Positions 14,244 to 28,056 are shown, counted from the stretch's first letter. The stretch: 64,000 bases of DNA from Protoeuglena noctilucae (GCA_958009085.1 OY253680.1:372001-436000); one strand, 5' to 3'. Notes: generated from the sequence alone by a model not told the origin. Program-made: numbers and translations.

Positions 14244-14614
14244 GGTGCCGAGCTGTAGACTAACTGATGATTGCGCGACAGCGCATCGCTCACGCCGAAC
14301 TGTGCGAAGGAGAGGAGGGGGCGCGGGGAGACCAGACCACTCACTTTGCACGGTCTCAGTCACGCATCTAACGTCGCAACGAGCGAGGTGAGGGGCTCCC
14401 CGGCAGCAATCGCAATCCACCTAGAGTCTGGGGCACCCGGCGCATGCATCGCCTTCTCAAGGCCGACGCCAGAACTGACGGCGACAGCCGAAGACTGGCG
14501 ATGGACGGACTTTCCCGTGGCATTGATATTCACTGCCCGCCATCGCATGTGCGCGAAGAGTAGAGGGCCTGTCGACGTTTGGACGCGGCAGGAATCGGTG
14601 GGGACGCCGCGGCC

Positions 14615-17524
14615 ATGCTCTCAACGCTGTGCGTGCCGGCCGACGCGCCCTCCACCAGCGGTCGGTCCCCTGTCGCTACGCGCGTAGCTGTCGTCGGCCC
14701 CGTGCATCATGGCCGTCGCAAGGAATGGGCCCCAGGCGCCCCTCTTCGTCGCCAGGACCTCTGCACAGCACGGGCCGCCTCCGCTGCTTCTGAGGACGCG
14801 GCCAACGCGGTCGCGCGCCGCGTGCGCAAGTTCTTCAGGTCGGGTCTGGACGTCACGCCGGAGATGAAGGTGTCGGCCGTGTCGGACACGCCTCGCTGGA
14901 TCCCCGAGTGGGTGCTGCAACTCCTTCCTGCCCTGAGGTGAGTCATTCTACGCCCCTGCATCCCTGTCACGGTGCCCCGACGCGGCTCGGAAGTCCCGTC
15001 GGTCGGTCCCCATCCTCACAGGTACTGGGACGTCTGGAAGGCCGCGGCAGTCACGGCGACCTGTGTGGCTGTGTACGCCCTCCTGCACGGCGTCCCCATC
15101 CCCGGGATGGACCACCAGCTGCGCCAGGCGAGACTGCCCTCACCCTTGCCTGTTGGAATTGCTCCCGCTTGACGCGCATGAGCCTCACGGCTGAGCTGTG
15201 GTCGTCTCCGCAGTACGCGGTCGGCAACACAGGGGGACTGGCCGCCGGGCCGTGGAAGGACTCCTTCGGTCTGCTGCGGCTGGGGCTGCAGCCATACATC
15301 CAGGCATCTATCACGGTGAGTTCCTGGTCCAGACGAGGTTTTTGCAATGCGTTGATGCGTCATTGCACCCCGCCCCTTCCCCTTTACAACTTGCCACCAC
15401 TGCCGCCTTATCTCGGACCTTTGCCGCAGCTGTCCGTCTTCACTAGCACCCTCATGCCTCCCAGCATCCGCAACCTGCCACCCTGGGAGAACACGAGCCG
15501 CTACAAGAAGCACGGGAAAGCGTTTGAGGACGGGTACCGCTTTGTGAGGCGTGCGCTGGCCTAGCTGCCAGTCCGGGCAGTACGCGAGGTGCATGCTCCG
15601 CGACTGGCGGGGACTCCATTCGGCTAGCACTCGCTGGCCCGGTGCATGCAGGAGCTGATGGCGTGGACGGTGGCCCTCGCGGCCGTCAATGCGCTGGGAA
15701 TGGCACGGGAGGCCTCTGCGTTCGCCGTCTCGCCCGGACTCCCCTTCCTCGCTCTCACGTCTGCACTCCTGTTCTGCGGCACGCTCCTCTCCATCAAGAT
15801 ATCCAACTTCATCAACAGCAGGGGCATCGGGGAGGGCGTGTCCATGGTGAGAGGAGCCTCGCGGTGGGCGCCAGCCCCAAGCGTCTCGTGCGGCTGCGCG
15901 CGTGGCGTGCCTCGTCTGGAGCTCTGTGACTCGTTTTCGCTCGCAGTTAATCTGTGTCTCCATTCTATCGGATGCAACGCGCACCGTGCGCACGCTCATC
16001 CAGGTGTGTGAGCCCTCCCCATGCATGCCCAGCACAGCAAGCACAAACGCTGGCTCTTCTCGTTCGTGACATCTCTGCCTCTCCTCTCCTCCAGACGGCG
16101 TCCGTAGGCCTGGCGCCCGTGGGGGAGGTGGCTTGGATCACTGCCCTGTGGGCCGCCCTGGGGGTGTTCGTGGCGTGGATGACCCGGCTGGAGGGCCGCG
16201 TTCCCTTGCGCTTTTTCCGGGCGAGTCGCGTGTCTGCAGCAGGGAACCCGCCACACAGAGACGCTCCCACACGCAGCTCTGATGCGCTCTGTCTTCCCAC
16301 CTCGACGCAGATCTCAGGGCCTCAGAGCAACTGGTGGCGCGCGTCCCCTGGCCCGACATCCAAGCCCCAGGGACCCTCCTTCCCCATCCTCCTCGTCAAC
16401 AACGCCGTCATGCTCCTCATCTTCTCCCAGGCGTGGCGGCCGCGGCCATGCAGCCGACCAAGGCCTCGCCGCACTAGACACCCTTGATCAGCCCTTGTCA
16501 ACCCACACATCCTCCGTCTCCTCTCTCCAGGTGTCCGTCCACGGCATGTGCAGCCTCCTCGGCATGCTCCCATGGATGAAGACGGCCGTGCAGGGCTTCC
16601 TGTCAAGCTCCATGGCGGTGCACCAGGCCACGGTGGGGTGCATCCTGCTCATGAGCACCCTGGGCTCGTACGCATCGGGGCTGAGCGCGGACCAGGCGCT
16701 TGAGAAGGGCCAGACGGGCGTGGACGTGACGGTAACTGCGCGCTTCTCCAAAGCTGTGCGGGCGCTGGCCAAGGTCGAGGCGCGCGTCCTGGCGTCGCAG
16801 GCCAAAGAGCTCAGGTCAGTGGACGTGCCCGACGCTTCTGGGCTTCCATGCCATCCTGCAGGGCGCCGTGAGGGGCCTTGCACTGCGGCATGCGACCCTC
16901 CCCGCAGCCGCCGGGAGATCCGGAGTCCCGAGGACGCGACGGAGAAGCGGGAGGTGTCGCTGAAGCTGGCGGCGCACCAGGCGGAGGAGGCCATGCAGGA
17001 GGAGGCCAGGGCCCAGGGGCTGGGGGACGTCATGGTTGGGCGCAAGGTGGGCCACGCTGATTGTGCCACTGTGATGCCACGCCCTTGTGCCACGCTACTC
17101 TGTATCTTAGCTGCATGCGCTGGTGTTTGACGAGCGGTATTTCTGCTGCAGATCCCACCGGGCAAGTACCAGCGCTACTACATGATATGGCGCTCCGTCA
17201 CCCTGGGCACGCTGAGGGCCATCCTCCTCTCCGCGCTCTACATGGCCGCGGCGTTGCTGGATGCGTACGCGCGCAGCACGGTGAGTGCAGGGGCGCATCC
17301 ACGGGTGCGCAGGCGACTGCAGCAGGGCACCCCAATGCACCTGTGCCCTGCCCGTGCAGTTGGGCGTCGAGCTGGACTCCGTGTCCCTCCTCATCATTAC
17401 TTCCCTCGTCATGACGGTCACGCGCCAAGTGGGGTCCATGCTTGCCATGGCGAGAGCCAGGGATGCGGGGGCCATCGCACTCGCGCCCCTGCGCACGGCT
17501 GGGCCCGTATACACGCTCACTTGA
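14615..17524 (+). CDS. Divergent plastid-targeted SecY-family translocon subunit (SCY2-like or a further paralog)
   Basis: SecY-like motifs in the expected order: VPIPGMD, LGLQPYIQASI (TM2), INSRGIGEGVSM, PILLVNNAVMLLIFSQ (TM7), IPPGK, DSVSLLIITSLV (TM10). Ser/Arg/Ala-rich transit-like N-terminus. Confidence 0.72.
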
Positions 17525-17682
17525 GTCACGGAAGAGTCCTGCTTTCGGCACTGCCGGCGGTGTTCGCTGACATCATGCGTGGATACGTAGGGATTCAAAG
17601 CCAATATGGTCCGATGGGTTGGCCCGCATGGGTCGGCAGGGTTGGCCCCGGTCGGCCTGCGTTCCTGTGCCAGGCGGCCCTA

Positions 17683-19719
17683 TCAAACAAGCTTGTGCAC
17701 CACCGCCTTGGCGAGCGACGACAGACTGTCCGCCCACTTCCCCATGGCTTCGTACTGCGCGTCCTCCTCGGTGGACGCCTGCTCCATGCGCAGCATCTGG
17801 AGGCAGCAGGAATCAAGGCCAGAGGTCCCCAGCGTCACCAAGAACACGACGTCGATCGTGAGCGCGGCGCTTGTCTCTCCTCGGCATCTCCGCCACTGCC
17901 ATGTGCGTGCCACTTGCCAGCCGCCCCCACCCTCACCTTGTTGACCTGGTCAATGCGCCCCCGGACCTTGCCCTCGTGGATGAGCGTCACCAACAGCTTC
18001 TCGACCTCCTCCTCCGTCACGTTGAGGTGGGCGCACACGAACGGGACCCTCACCGCCTTGTACGGCCGCAGCAGCTCCAGGAGCACCTGCACAGGGGCAG
18101 GGGCACGGTCAAGGGGGCCTTGGGCCCGCACGCCGTGCTTTGTGCCGCGAGCAGGGCCGGCACCTGTGTCCGCAGCGTCCGCAGGAGGTCCTCGATGTGG
18201 CTGGCGATGAAGGTGTCGCCCATGATCTGGCGGCGGTGCGTACGCAGCACACGCTCGAACTGGTCAATGTGGTTGCTCTGGTACGCCTCCACCAGCGACG
18301 TCATGGCGACCACCTCGGGGTCTGCGGGGGCGCAGCGCATACGCGTGAGAGGGCAGGCTGCGCAGTCCCATGCACGCGTCCCAGCACCGGCCGCCGCCCA
18401 CCGCTCTTGTAGGGCTTGGCCTCCTGGGCGTTGAAAGGGTCCACGTTGCTCTGGTTGAGCATGTACGCGAGCACCAGGTACTTGAGGCACTGCAGCCGCC
18501 GGGGGTGCCCCGCCTCGTCGTAGGACTTGAAGGCCTCGAAGAAGGCAGTGGCGGCGTCCATCCACTGGCGCTCGCGAGCGTGCATCTTGCCACCGCACTC
18601 GCGGATGACGCCCATGATGCGCGGGTGCGGGATGGCGCTCTTGACCGTCAGCGCGTGCGTGTAAATCTCCTTCAGGCGCTTGCTGTTGCCCTGCTCCGTG
18701 TGCATCTGGATCTCCAACGCGTAGACCTCGAGCAACTGCAGGGAGCAGGCGGTGCCGGGAGGCTCGCCACGCTACCCCGACACAAAACCGATGCGGGCCC
18801 AGGCACGCGGACGCTGCAGCACGCGGTCAGGCCGGCGCTGCAGCAGGCCCAGCGCCCCCCGTGTCCTCGCCTGCGTCCCCTTCCGCGCGTCCTCGGACCC
18901 GTCCTCCGCCAGGCAGCTCTTGCGCAGCTCCCGCAGCACGCGCGTGAGCCGCGCCCAGTCGTGGCGATGCACCCACAGGTTCGCCAGGCGCACGTTCGTC
19001 TTGAACCACAGGCGCTCGTTCCCCTGGTCCGCCACGGCCCGCAGCGTCGCCTCGTACAGCTGCTGCAGCAGGGCCGTGTCCTCGCACGCAGACAGGTGCT
19101 CCAGCGTCGAGGAGACCTTCTTCTCCGCGTGGTTCTTGGTCACCGCGCCCTTCATGTACTCGAGCATCGCGTCGTATGACGACACCACCTCCTGCATCCG
19201 CCCCGCCCGGAAGTGCAGCTTGATGATCTGCTTCAGGGCGCGGAAGCCCCACTCCCCCTTGTCCCCCTGGTCCTTCTCCATCTGCAGCACCTTCCGGAAT
19301 CCCCCCAGCGCTTCCTGTGGGGGAACATCGAGGGATCGCTCAGCTGGCGCGCTACGGCCGACCCTGAAACCCCGGCCTCCCCGCCGCCCCCGCCAGCGAG
19401 CTCACGTCCCACTCCTCGTCCTCCAAAAGGCCCTTGGAGTTGTAATATGTGTTCTCTATATCCACGGCGTTGTCCTCCAGCTCCTCCTCGTCCGAGTACT
19501 CGAACCCGTAGTCTGCAGCCTCGGGGTGCGGGTGGAGATCTTCACTGGTCCTCGGGAGACGCCGGGTCGGTTGCTCCCGCCGTCATGTCGACCAGACGGT
19601 GCCGGAAAGCCGCGACAGCTTCAACATCGGATGCTCTCAACCGCAGTGCCCCCTCCCAAGCCTCCAAAGGCCTCCGCGTGTCCATCCCCCGACGCACCCT
19701 CCATCTCATCGTCCGACAT
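17683..19719 (-). CDS. CSN2: COP9 signalosome subunit 2 (PCI domain)
   Basis: MSDDEM start, [69 protein letters not shown] and [13 protein letters not shown]. Confidence 0.95.
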
Positions 19720-20031
19720 TCTTCATCAGCTGCGATCCCGCGCGTTTGCGCGTTGCGCAGTGCAGCTCTCCTCCTCAGCCGCGGCTCCGGGTGCAACACG
19801 GCACTCTTTGATAGAGTCTTTTTGCAGGCGATGCGATCTTCCTAGCGCACCAGGCATCCACAGGCTGCTCCTGCTCCTGGCTGACTCCTTTGTAAGTGCC
19901 ACAACGATGGTAAAACCCTTCAACGAAGCGACTTGCAACGCTCGTGTCGAGTCAACAGGGAGAAAAAAGACAGTCTGAGTGTGGAAAGCACGGCCCAAGC
20001 TAAAAACCCCACGTCGCACCCAAAGACGTGC

Positions 20032-21554
20032 TCAGCCAAGCAGGACGGTGCTGTCGCTGATGAACTTGTACTGCGGCACTTCCAGGTTGAGGGGAGCAGG
20101 GCCCTGTGACCACAGCGAAGGAAGGTGCCGCGTCACAACTCCAACTGCGTGGCCAGTAAGGACTTCCGCACGCAGGCATCCCTCCCCGGCCCCCTTGCTC
20201 GGCCCCGTCGAGCGTCGCACCTTGCGGATGCGGCCCGAGGCGTCGTAGTGCGACCCGTGGCAGGGGCAGAACCACCCGTTGTAGTCCCCGGCGTTGGCGA
20301 TGGGCACGCATCCCAGGTGCGTGCACACCCCCAGCACCACGAGCCACTCGGGGTTCTGCACGCGCGTCTCGTCGGGCTGCGGGTCCCGGAGGTCCGAGAC
20401 GCTGACCGCGTTCATGGCGCTGACCTCCGCGGGCGTCCGGTGCCGGATGAAAACCGGCTTGCCCCTCCACTTCACCGTCACCGTCTGCCCCGCCTGGATC
20501 GACGACAGGTCCACCTCCAGCGTGGCCAGCGCCAGCACGTCCTGCGCGGGGCGGCGGGGGGGTCGCGGCTCGCCGACGCCGAGGCAGCGAGCGATCGCCT
20601 GCGCGCCGCGGCCAGCCGCGCGCGCCCCACCTTGGAGGCCGACATCGAGTAGATGAACTTGAGGACCGTGAGGAGCGCTGCCGAGGCGTACACGAAGCGG
20701 CCCGTGGTCAGTACCAGGTAATTAAACGCCTTCTTCTCCAGGCCGTTCCCGGGCGGCAGCTGCGCGTGGTGCTTCTCGTCGTAGGCGAAGTACGGCGTGG
20801 CGTTGGACGTGACATGGTCCACGGGGTGCATCCCCGACTCGTGCACCATGACGCGGCCCGAAGTGTCCCCGACCTGCGATGGAGGCGACGAGGCCGTCGC
20901 CGGCGGGCCGCCGACCGCGCGGCCAGCAAGGGCAAGGCCAGCATCTGCGGGATGGCACCTTGACGACCTTCAGGTCCGCCTGCCCCGTGCCCGGGTCCCC
21001 GCTCGGGCTCAACACCTTCCCCATCGGAAACGGATCGACGCTCGGCCTCGAGACTGCGGGCGGAAGGCGTTGAGCGGAGAGCTCGCGCACCACAGCGCCA
21101 CGCCACTTCTCGACACCGGCAGGTGCGACGCCAGGGCGCTTTGCGCCCACGAACATCCCCCGGCACGTCGACAATGCATCGATGATTCCTCGAGTGCCGC
21201 GGTGGCCCGAGGAAGGTGCCAGGCAAGCGCGGCAAGCCCCTTCCTCGTGTCCCGGCCCCGTCCGCCGATCTCCCGGCGCACGGCTCCCGAGGTCCCCTCC
21301 TGGCACGCAAGTCTTGTTTCCTCAGCACCGGTGAGCCAGGAGCGAGCGGCGCGGCAGAGCAACTCACCGGAGGACGCCCAGCGACCCCGTCCCGCCACAT
21401 CCGCGCCCGGACGGCTCAGCAGCGCCCCCAGCGGCCCCGCCCACGACGAAGAAGACGACGCGACGCACGCGGCGCCGGCATCCCCCGCCAGGGACGAGGC
21501 GGACTGGCCGCCCAGCCGCGACAGAAGCCTCCCGATGTTCCGCGTGAACGACAT
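20032..21554 (-). CDS. UQCRFS1: Cytochrome bc1 Rieske iron-sulfur subunit, mitochondrial
   Basis: [55 protein letters not shown]. Presequence [14 protein letters not shown]. Confidence 0.95.
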
Positions 21555-21856
21555 CGTGTCTCCTGTGCTGGTGGGAAGGACCAACGGCGCAGAGAAGGCG
21601 GGCGTTTTAAACGGCATTCGGACACCACTCACTGGCAAGGCAGCGCCGTTGCATCACTCCGTGGTACTCACCCCGCCAATCGCACAAACGCGACCGTCGA
21701 CCCGCTTCTGCGACCGGGCTGCCACCCTCGATAGGGTTTGTCGTGTAGAGCGCGTAGCGGTCCATTTGCGACCTGTTGGAGCGCGGCGTATTCGCTAGGC
21801 GCTAGCGAGACCCCGTCTGGCCCGACCCGGCCGCCAGGGGCGGGCGAGGGGCGACC

Positions 21857-23262
21857 ATGTCGTCGCTGGCCGCGGCGAGGGCGGATGGGTACTACATCCC
21901 GCCCGACTTCGACTGGCGCAAGCACAAGAGCGTGAACCACTACCATGGCGTGCACGCTCTGCGAGAGAGGGCCGCGAAGCTGGACCAGGTGCTTGCTTCG
22001 CTGGACGGGAGGGCGGGGCCTCGCGTCGGGGTCCGGACGGCGGTCCCTAGCATCGCCTGGGTTCGTTTTCGTCGCAGGGCATCCTGGTCATTCGCTTCGA
22101 GATGCCCTTCAACGTGTGGTGCGGGGGCTGCGGGAAGCACATCGCCAAGGGCGTGCGCTTCAACGCCGAGAAGCAGCAAGTCGGCATGTATCACTCGACC
22201 AAGGTGACGCTGGAAATACATGGTGGCTCCTACCAGGGGCAGGGTGCGGTCTCAGGCCGACAGCTGTGGCGCAGGCCAGAGCACGGTACCCGCCTGGCCC
22301 GCAGATATGGTCCTTCCGGTTCAACACGGCGTGCTGCCAGTCCAAGATGGAAATCCAGACGGATCCTGAACACTCGGATTACCGCATCGGTGGGTGTAGC
22401 GCGACGCAGGCACCAGGCGTGCTCGCCGGGGCGGCAGGGACGCGCATCTCTGGTTCGCCTTCGTCTCCGCAGTCACGGGGGGCATGCGGAAGCGGGAGGC
22501 GTACGACGCCAAGTCGGCACAGGTGGAGGAGCTCATCAGCAACGAGGAGCGTGAGCGCATCCGCTCGGACGCCATGTACCGCACCGAGCGTGACACGGCG
22601 AGGGCGGCCGCGCTCTCCGAGGGGTACAGGGAGCTGTCGCGCCTGAAAGACGAGCTGGACATGCGACACGCAGACGAGGCGGGGGTGAGGCGCGGCTCGG
22701 GGGGCGCGGCGTGCGTGGTTGCAGGGTGGGGCATCGGTGCGACTCACGGCCCCGCGGACCTCTGCAGGTGAACCGGGAGCTAAGGCGGCGCATGCGCGAG
22801 GCGAAGAAGGCCGAGACACGGCGCGAGCAGCACAAGGCATCGCTGGGGGTGGCGGAGCACGTCCGCCTGCTCCCCACGACGACAGAGGAGGTGGAGCACG
22901 CACGGCTGGCTGCCGATGTGGGCATCGGGGTGCGGTCGGCAGCCGACACCTTCAAGGAGGAGCGCAGGCGCATCTCGCGGCAGAGCATCTTTGCCGCCAA
23001 GGGCGCCAAGCCAACGGCAGGCGAGCCCATGGACGAGCGCTGCTACGGTCGCTGCGGGTGCGTGCCATGCCTATGGTCCGACCGTCAGTCCGCCGCGCAC
23101 GCAGGGGAGGCGCTGCTGAATAAGCACGCTGGCAAGGCGCTGCTGGGTGCCAGGGGGGGCGTGGCCAAGGGAGGCGGAGGCTTCGCGGGTGGGGCACGCG
23201 GGGGCGGGAAAGGGAAAGACCTCAAGCGCAAAGCGGCTGCTCTGGCACTAGGGCGTGCATGA
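21857..23262 (+). CDS. CCDC130: CWC16/YJU2-family splicing factor CCDC130 (YJU2B)
   Basis: MSSLAAARADGYYIPPD, ALRERAAKLDQGILVIRFEMPFNVWCGGC, GVRFNAEK and EIQTDP. Confidence 0.92.
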
Positions 23263-23285
23263 ATCACGTGCATGAGATTTGAAGG

Positions 23286-25618
23286 CTACGGACACGTGGC
23301 AGGCGTCACCAGCAGCGGCACTTGCCACTGCAGCGTCTCCTCGTCGCCGGTGACCGCGTCGACAGCCACGGCCCGCAGCGCCAGCACCCAGCGCAGGCTG
23401 ATGAGGAGCGTCGTGAAGGAGGGCGTGCTCTGAGGCGGCACTACCATGGCGAACCACGTGGACAGCAGGTCACCCACGCGTGCTTCCCACTCCTGGACCA
23501 CTTGCACGTGCACCTCGCTTGGTCCCGCCGCAAACTCCAGCGGCCCTGCGGCGCAAGCGGGACGCCACTTTCCGCGGAAGCAGAGCACGGCAAGGCAGCT
23601 GTTCTCCCGCCCACCCTACACACACTGCCGCACCTTCCAACCCCGCTGCGTCCCGCTTGCCAGGAACCACCGTCAGCACCGCGTCCGGGTTCCCTTGCCC
23701 CTCGGGCAGCAGTGCTCGGTTGGGGCACTCGAGGATCTCGAGGGAAGCCGCCAGATGACGGCACGCGATGCCCGACCTCTGGGGGCCGCCTGGGTCCGCA
23801 GACAGGTCTACGAATCCCTGGAAGCCCGAGCCCACGCGCACCTCGCGCAGGCCAGAACCAGGGCTCCCAAGCGGTTGGTCCGACGCAGATGAGACGCCCA
23901 GCAGAACGACGCGGCCCAGATGCACCCCCGACGAGTGCCGCAAGGTGAACACCTGGGGGCCCGTGTCGGGGGTCGGCAGCGCCGCGAGGTCCCTGCGAGA
24001 GGGTCGGGCGAGAGAGGCATGGAGCTGCACGGCCAAAACCTCATGCTGCAGGGGCGTGCCCGTGTTCGCGTGGGCCCTCACTCTGGGTCTCCGAGCGAGC
24101 CGAGCGTGTGGAAGGAGGCCGTGGGGCGTGGGGTGGCCCATGGGCTGGCGCGCCGGGGCGACTCGTTCTCCCCCAGGACCTGCAGCCAATGAGAGGCGCC
24201 GCGTCGCACACGCCCCTCTCCAAACACCGGCTGACGGCAGTCCTGGCCGCACGCCCCATCCACGCTCACGTCCACGTCCTCGGTGGGCTCATCCATAGCG
24301 AGCGCGGACACGAGGCTCCGGAGACCAGATATCTGACGGGAGCCCCATCCCGCTCCCTCGGAGAGATCGATGAAGGTGCCCTGACTCATCCCCGACTGCG
24401 GTCAGACGTTCCTGGCGTGGCTGTCGCTCTGCCTTCCTAGACTCACGGCCCACGCAGCCCGCACTGAAAAGCGCACTTGCCTCCGAGGGTGCGCGGGTGC
24501 TGGCCTCACTAATGACGGTGGGCCCGCCCCCACGAGGCCGCCCCTCCGCATCGAGCGCCACGCACCCCGACCCCGTCAATTCCACCGCAGAGATCTTGAC
24601 GACGGCGGCCCCCGCCGACGGGTCCTGAGCTCCCGGCGGCCCCCGGGCGTAGACTGCGGGAAGGTCAGAGCTGCAGGGTTGGGGCCCACCCGTCTCAGAG
24701 AGACCGCAGGCCCTGCCCAGGGCGCAGTGCGTGTTGCCAGCCTCACCGATGAAGGGGTCTCCTGCGGGGCCCACGGGCGCCCCCTCCTCCAGTGGCCCCC
24801 TGCGCACCGACACGACCAGAGGGACGCGGGCGAGTGTCCCGCGAGGCGTGGGCCGCGGTGTCCGTGACGTGCTCTCCAAGCCAAAGATTCCGCGCAGGAG
24901 ACCCCACCCTGCGAGCACGACTTGGGTACTTCGCCACGGCCGCGACGTGCCCCAGCATGGCCCTTGCACCTCCGCGCCAACCGCGGTGATCCCACCTGAG
25001 GATTTGGGAGCGCTGGACGTTGCATCGGCCTTCGAGGCGACAGTTCCCTCCACCACGACGTGGTACGCCACCTTGACAGCCATGCCGCGGAAGGACGGGG
25101 GCAGGCGAGGAGGCAAGCGGAAGGAGAGGAGGTAGCCGCGCTTGTCGCCGTGCTCGAGCGTCGCCGACGAAACGACCGTGCACGGCAGCGACGACAGGAT
25201 GCGCCTGATCACGAGGGACAAGGTGAGAGAGTAGGTTGTGTCAAGGAGACGGCGAGGAGCCGGCGCGCGTCGTCCCCTCACCGGTCAAGGTAGCGAGAGC
25301 GCGACACCAGGGAGTCTGTGGCCGGCCCAGATCCCGAGGGAATCCTCTCCTTGATAAAGCACGTGTCCACACGCTCAATGCCGACCACGCGGACGCCCAC
25401 GTTGCTTAGCTGGGCGGCATTGCCTGCGCACAGATGCAGTGCGGGCAGCATGAAGAGCCAGCCTGCACAAGCGCCGGCAGTACGTGCCCAATGCCGCGCT
25501 TGCCCACGCCCTAACACTCGCCTGCGTTGGACAGGTGCAACAAGGCGCTCACGCTGTCTCCCGGCGAGAAGACCTCTCTGCTGAGACTCAGCCCGCACTC
25601 GAGGGACGTATCTGCCAT
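23286..25618 (-). CDS. RGP1: RGP1 (Rab6/Ypt6 GEF complex partner, arrestin-like fold)
   Basis: VFSPGDSV, FRLPPRLPPSFRGMAVKVAYHV, and C-terminal TPSFTTLLISLRWVL...ETLQWQVPLLV. Confidence 0.8.
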
Positions 25619-25973
25619 GGCTGGACGTCTCTCTCTCGCGAGGAGGACTACCACGGAGCGCGGAGTCCACAGAAGCTCGCCTACCCGGTCCCCCCTCAAG
25701 ACGGTGGCGTCGCCACGCCAGAGAATGGCACGGCGGCGCCTGCGGTTTCACCGGGTTTGAAGCGCTGGATGAGACGTTTGGTATCGACATCCCGCGATTC
25801 ACCTGCACCGAAAGGGATGCGAGGACCACCCGAATTCGATTTCGCGTGACCTATAAAAGCTGGCCGTCGACTGTTGAGAGCGTAACGGTTGCATAGATGG
25901 CGCGCTTTGCGTCGTCGTCGTTAACTGTCGTATCGTGCAGCTCCCAGCACCCGCTGGGAGGAGGAGGAGCGCG

Positions 25974-27935
25974 ATGGCGTGCAGGCACACTAGCGACACG
26001 TGCCGCGCTCCTTTCTGGAGGCGTTCGCGCGCCCCGTCATACCGTTGGTGGGTGGCCGTCGGAGGCATTATCATGTCGCTCGAGCGGGGCTGGACGGAGA
26101 GCTGCGTGTGGCTGGAGGGGATGACTGCGGCCTCGTCCCCGCAGACACTCGGGCGCGGGCGGTGGGGCCCGACACCGACGCGGACGCCGCCCCCTCTGCG
26201 ACCCCTAGACTCTCCAGGATTTCCAAATCGGCTCTTGCCGGCGCTCGGAGGGGCCACTGCTACGGCTGCGGGGTGCGCCTGCAGACGAGCAGCCGCACCG
26301 CCCCCGGCTTCGTGGAGCAGGAGCAGTACCTCATCAAGCAGCGCCATCGTCAACTGGACCGCCTGCTCTGCGAAAGATGCCACGACCTTAACCACGGGAA
26401 GATGGTGCCGGGCGTCCAGGACCTGGCCCTCCGCAGTGACCCTGGCGAGGTGGGTGGCGGGACCCTCAGGCAGCGTGGGGCACTCGCGGCGGCGGCTCGG
26501 CGGTCTCCAGCTTTTTTGAAACCGCACGCGTGCAGGTCCGCCTGGCGACGCCCGAGGGGCTCCGCGGGGCGCTCGCGCATGTGCGGGAGGAGCGCGCCGT
26601 GGCCGTCCTGCTGGTGGACGTGCTGGACGCGTCGGGGTATTTCCTGTCCCGCGTCCGGGATCTCGTCGGGGCTAATCCAGTGGTCCTCATAGCCACCAAG
26701 GTGGACCTGCTCCCCACGGGCACCAACGAGGGAGCTGTGCTCGACTGGGTGGTGAGTCTCGCGGCGTTCAAGCGCCTGCGGGTGGAGAGCGCACATCTCG
26801 TCTCGAGCAAAACAGGGCGAGTTGCCGCGACCACCTGCGCATGGCGCAGGCCACACCCACCCATGCAGGGCATGGCGCATCTGGACTGTCCTGCCCTTCC
26901 TGCAGGCAGGGCCTGTCTGAGGCCATTGGGGAAGTCCTCCGCATGCGTCAGGGGCGTGACGTGTACGTGCTCGGCGCTGCGAACGTGGGCAAGTCGGCCT
27001 TTGTGCGCGCCATGCTGGCGCAGATGGCGTCCTTCTCCAGCCGGCACTTCGACCCGGCAGCTACGGGCGTGGGGCGGTACATGCCGACGGAGAGCCCGAT
27101 GCCGGGGACGACGCTGGGGCTCATCGCGCTGCGGCCGTTCGAGTCCGGGTGACGATCGCGCAACCATGGTTTGGCGGCTGGGCGTACGAGACGGTGGGGT
27201 GACGCTCCTTCTCTCCGTGTCTGCAGAGGTGTGCTCTTCGACACTCCCGGACTCCACCTCCATCACCGGCTGCCCCACTCTCTCCAGCCCCACGAGATGC
27301 GCGCCCTGCATCCCACTAAGCGCCTCCGGCCCTTCGTGGCGCCCTCACCTGGGGACGTGCTGGGTGACGAGGGGGCGGGCGCACGCCGCCGTGTCCCGGG
27401 GACCGGCGGGCAGGCGGGAACGAGGGATGCGGACGGCGCCTCGTACTGGTGGGGGGGCGTGGCGCGGGTGGACCTCGTTGGGTGCCCGAGAGCCAAGCCC
27501 GTCTTCTACGGGCCCAGCGCGCTTCGGGTCCAGGCCAGCCCCTTGCGGGCGGGGGACGTCGTTGCGGAAGCCGGCCCGGGTACTCCCCACGAGGGCAGCT
27601 TTGGGGCGGAGGTGAGGGAGCCCTTGCCAAGCGCTGCGAGGGCGGCGGCATGCCGCCCGAGGGGCTATGCGAGGCTGAGCAGTGTGGACTTGGGCATGCA
27701 GAGCGTGCTCGCGAGGGGAGGCCTGCGACTGGCGAGGGAGGAGGTGTTCGAGGGGCGGGGAGGACCACACGCATCGTTCGATGTCGCAGTGTCTGGCATC
27801 CCGGGGTGGGTGGCGGTGCACTTGCCGCCGGGGGTGGCGAGCAGTGTGACGGTCCGGGTCTGGACGTGCCGTGGGGTGGAGGCGTTTGTGAGGCCGCCTG
27901 TCCCAGTTCCCAGCCCCTTTGCAGCCCCAGCCTAG
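25974..27935 (+). CDS. NOA1: NOA1/YqeH circularly permuted GTPase
   Basis: Zn knuckle CYGCG...LCERC, G4 TKVD, G1 GAANVGKS, G2 PGTTLG and G3 DTPG. Confidence 0.92.
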
Positions 27936-28056
27936 TCCTCACACAGCGCTGCGAGCTTCAACGATCCGTGCTGGATCACGATAGAAGGCGGGGGTGTGCT
28001 GTCATGGCGGCCCGCAGGCATGCACCACAGTCTTCATGCGACATCTGGGCGGGGCA

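Noticed and set aside
15562..15564. TAG apparently interrupting the SecY-like gene
   Set aside because: It falls inside a likely intron (ttt|GTGAGG...atgcAG|gag).
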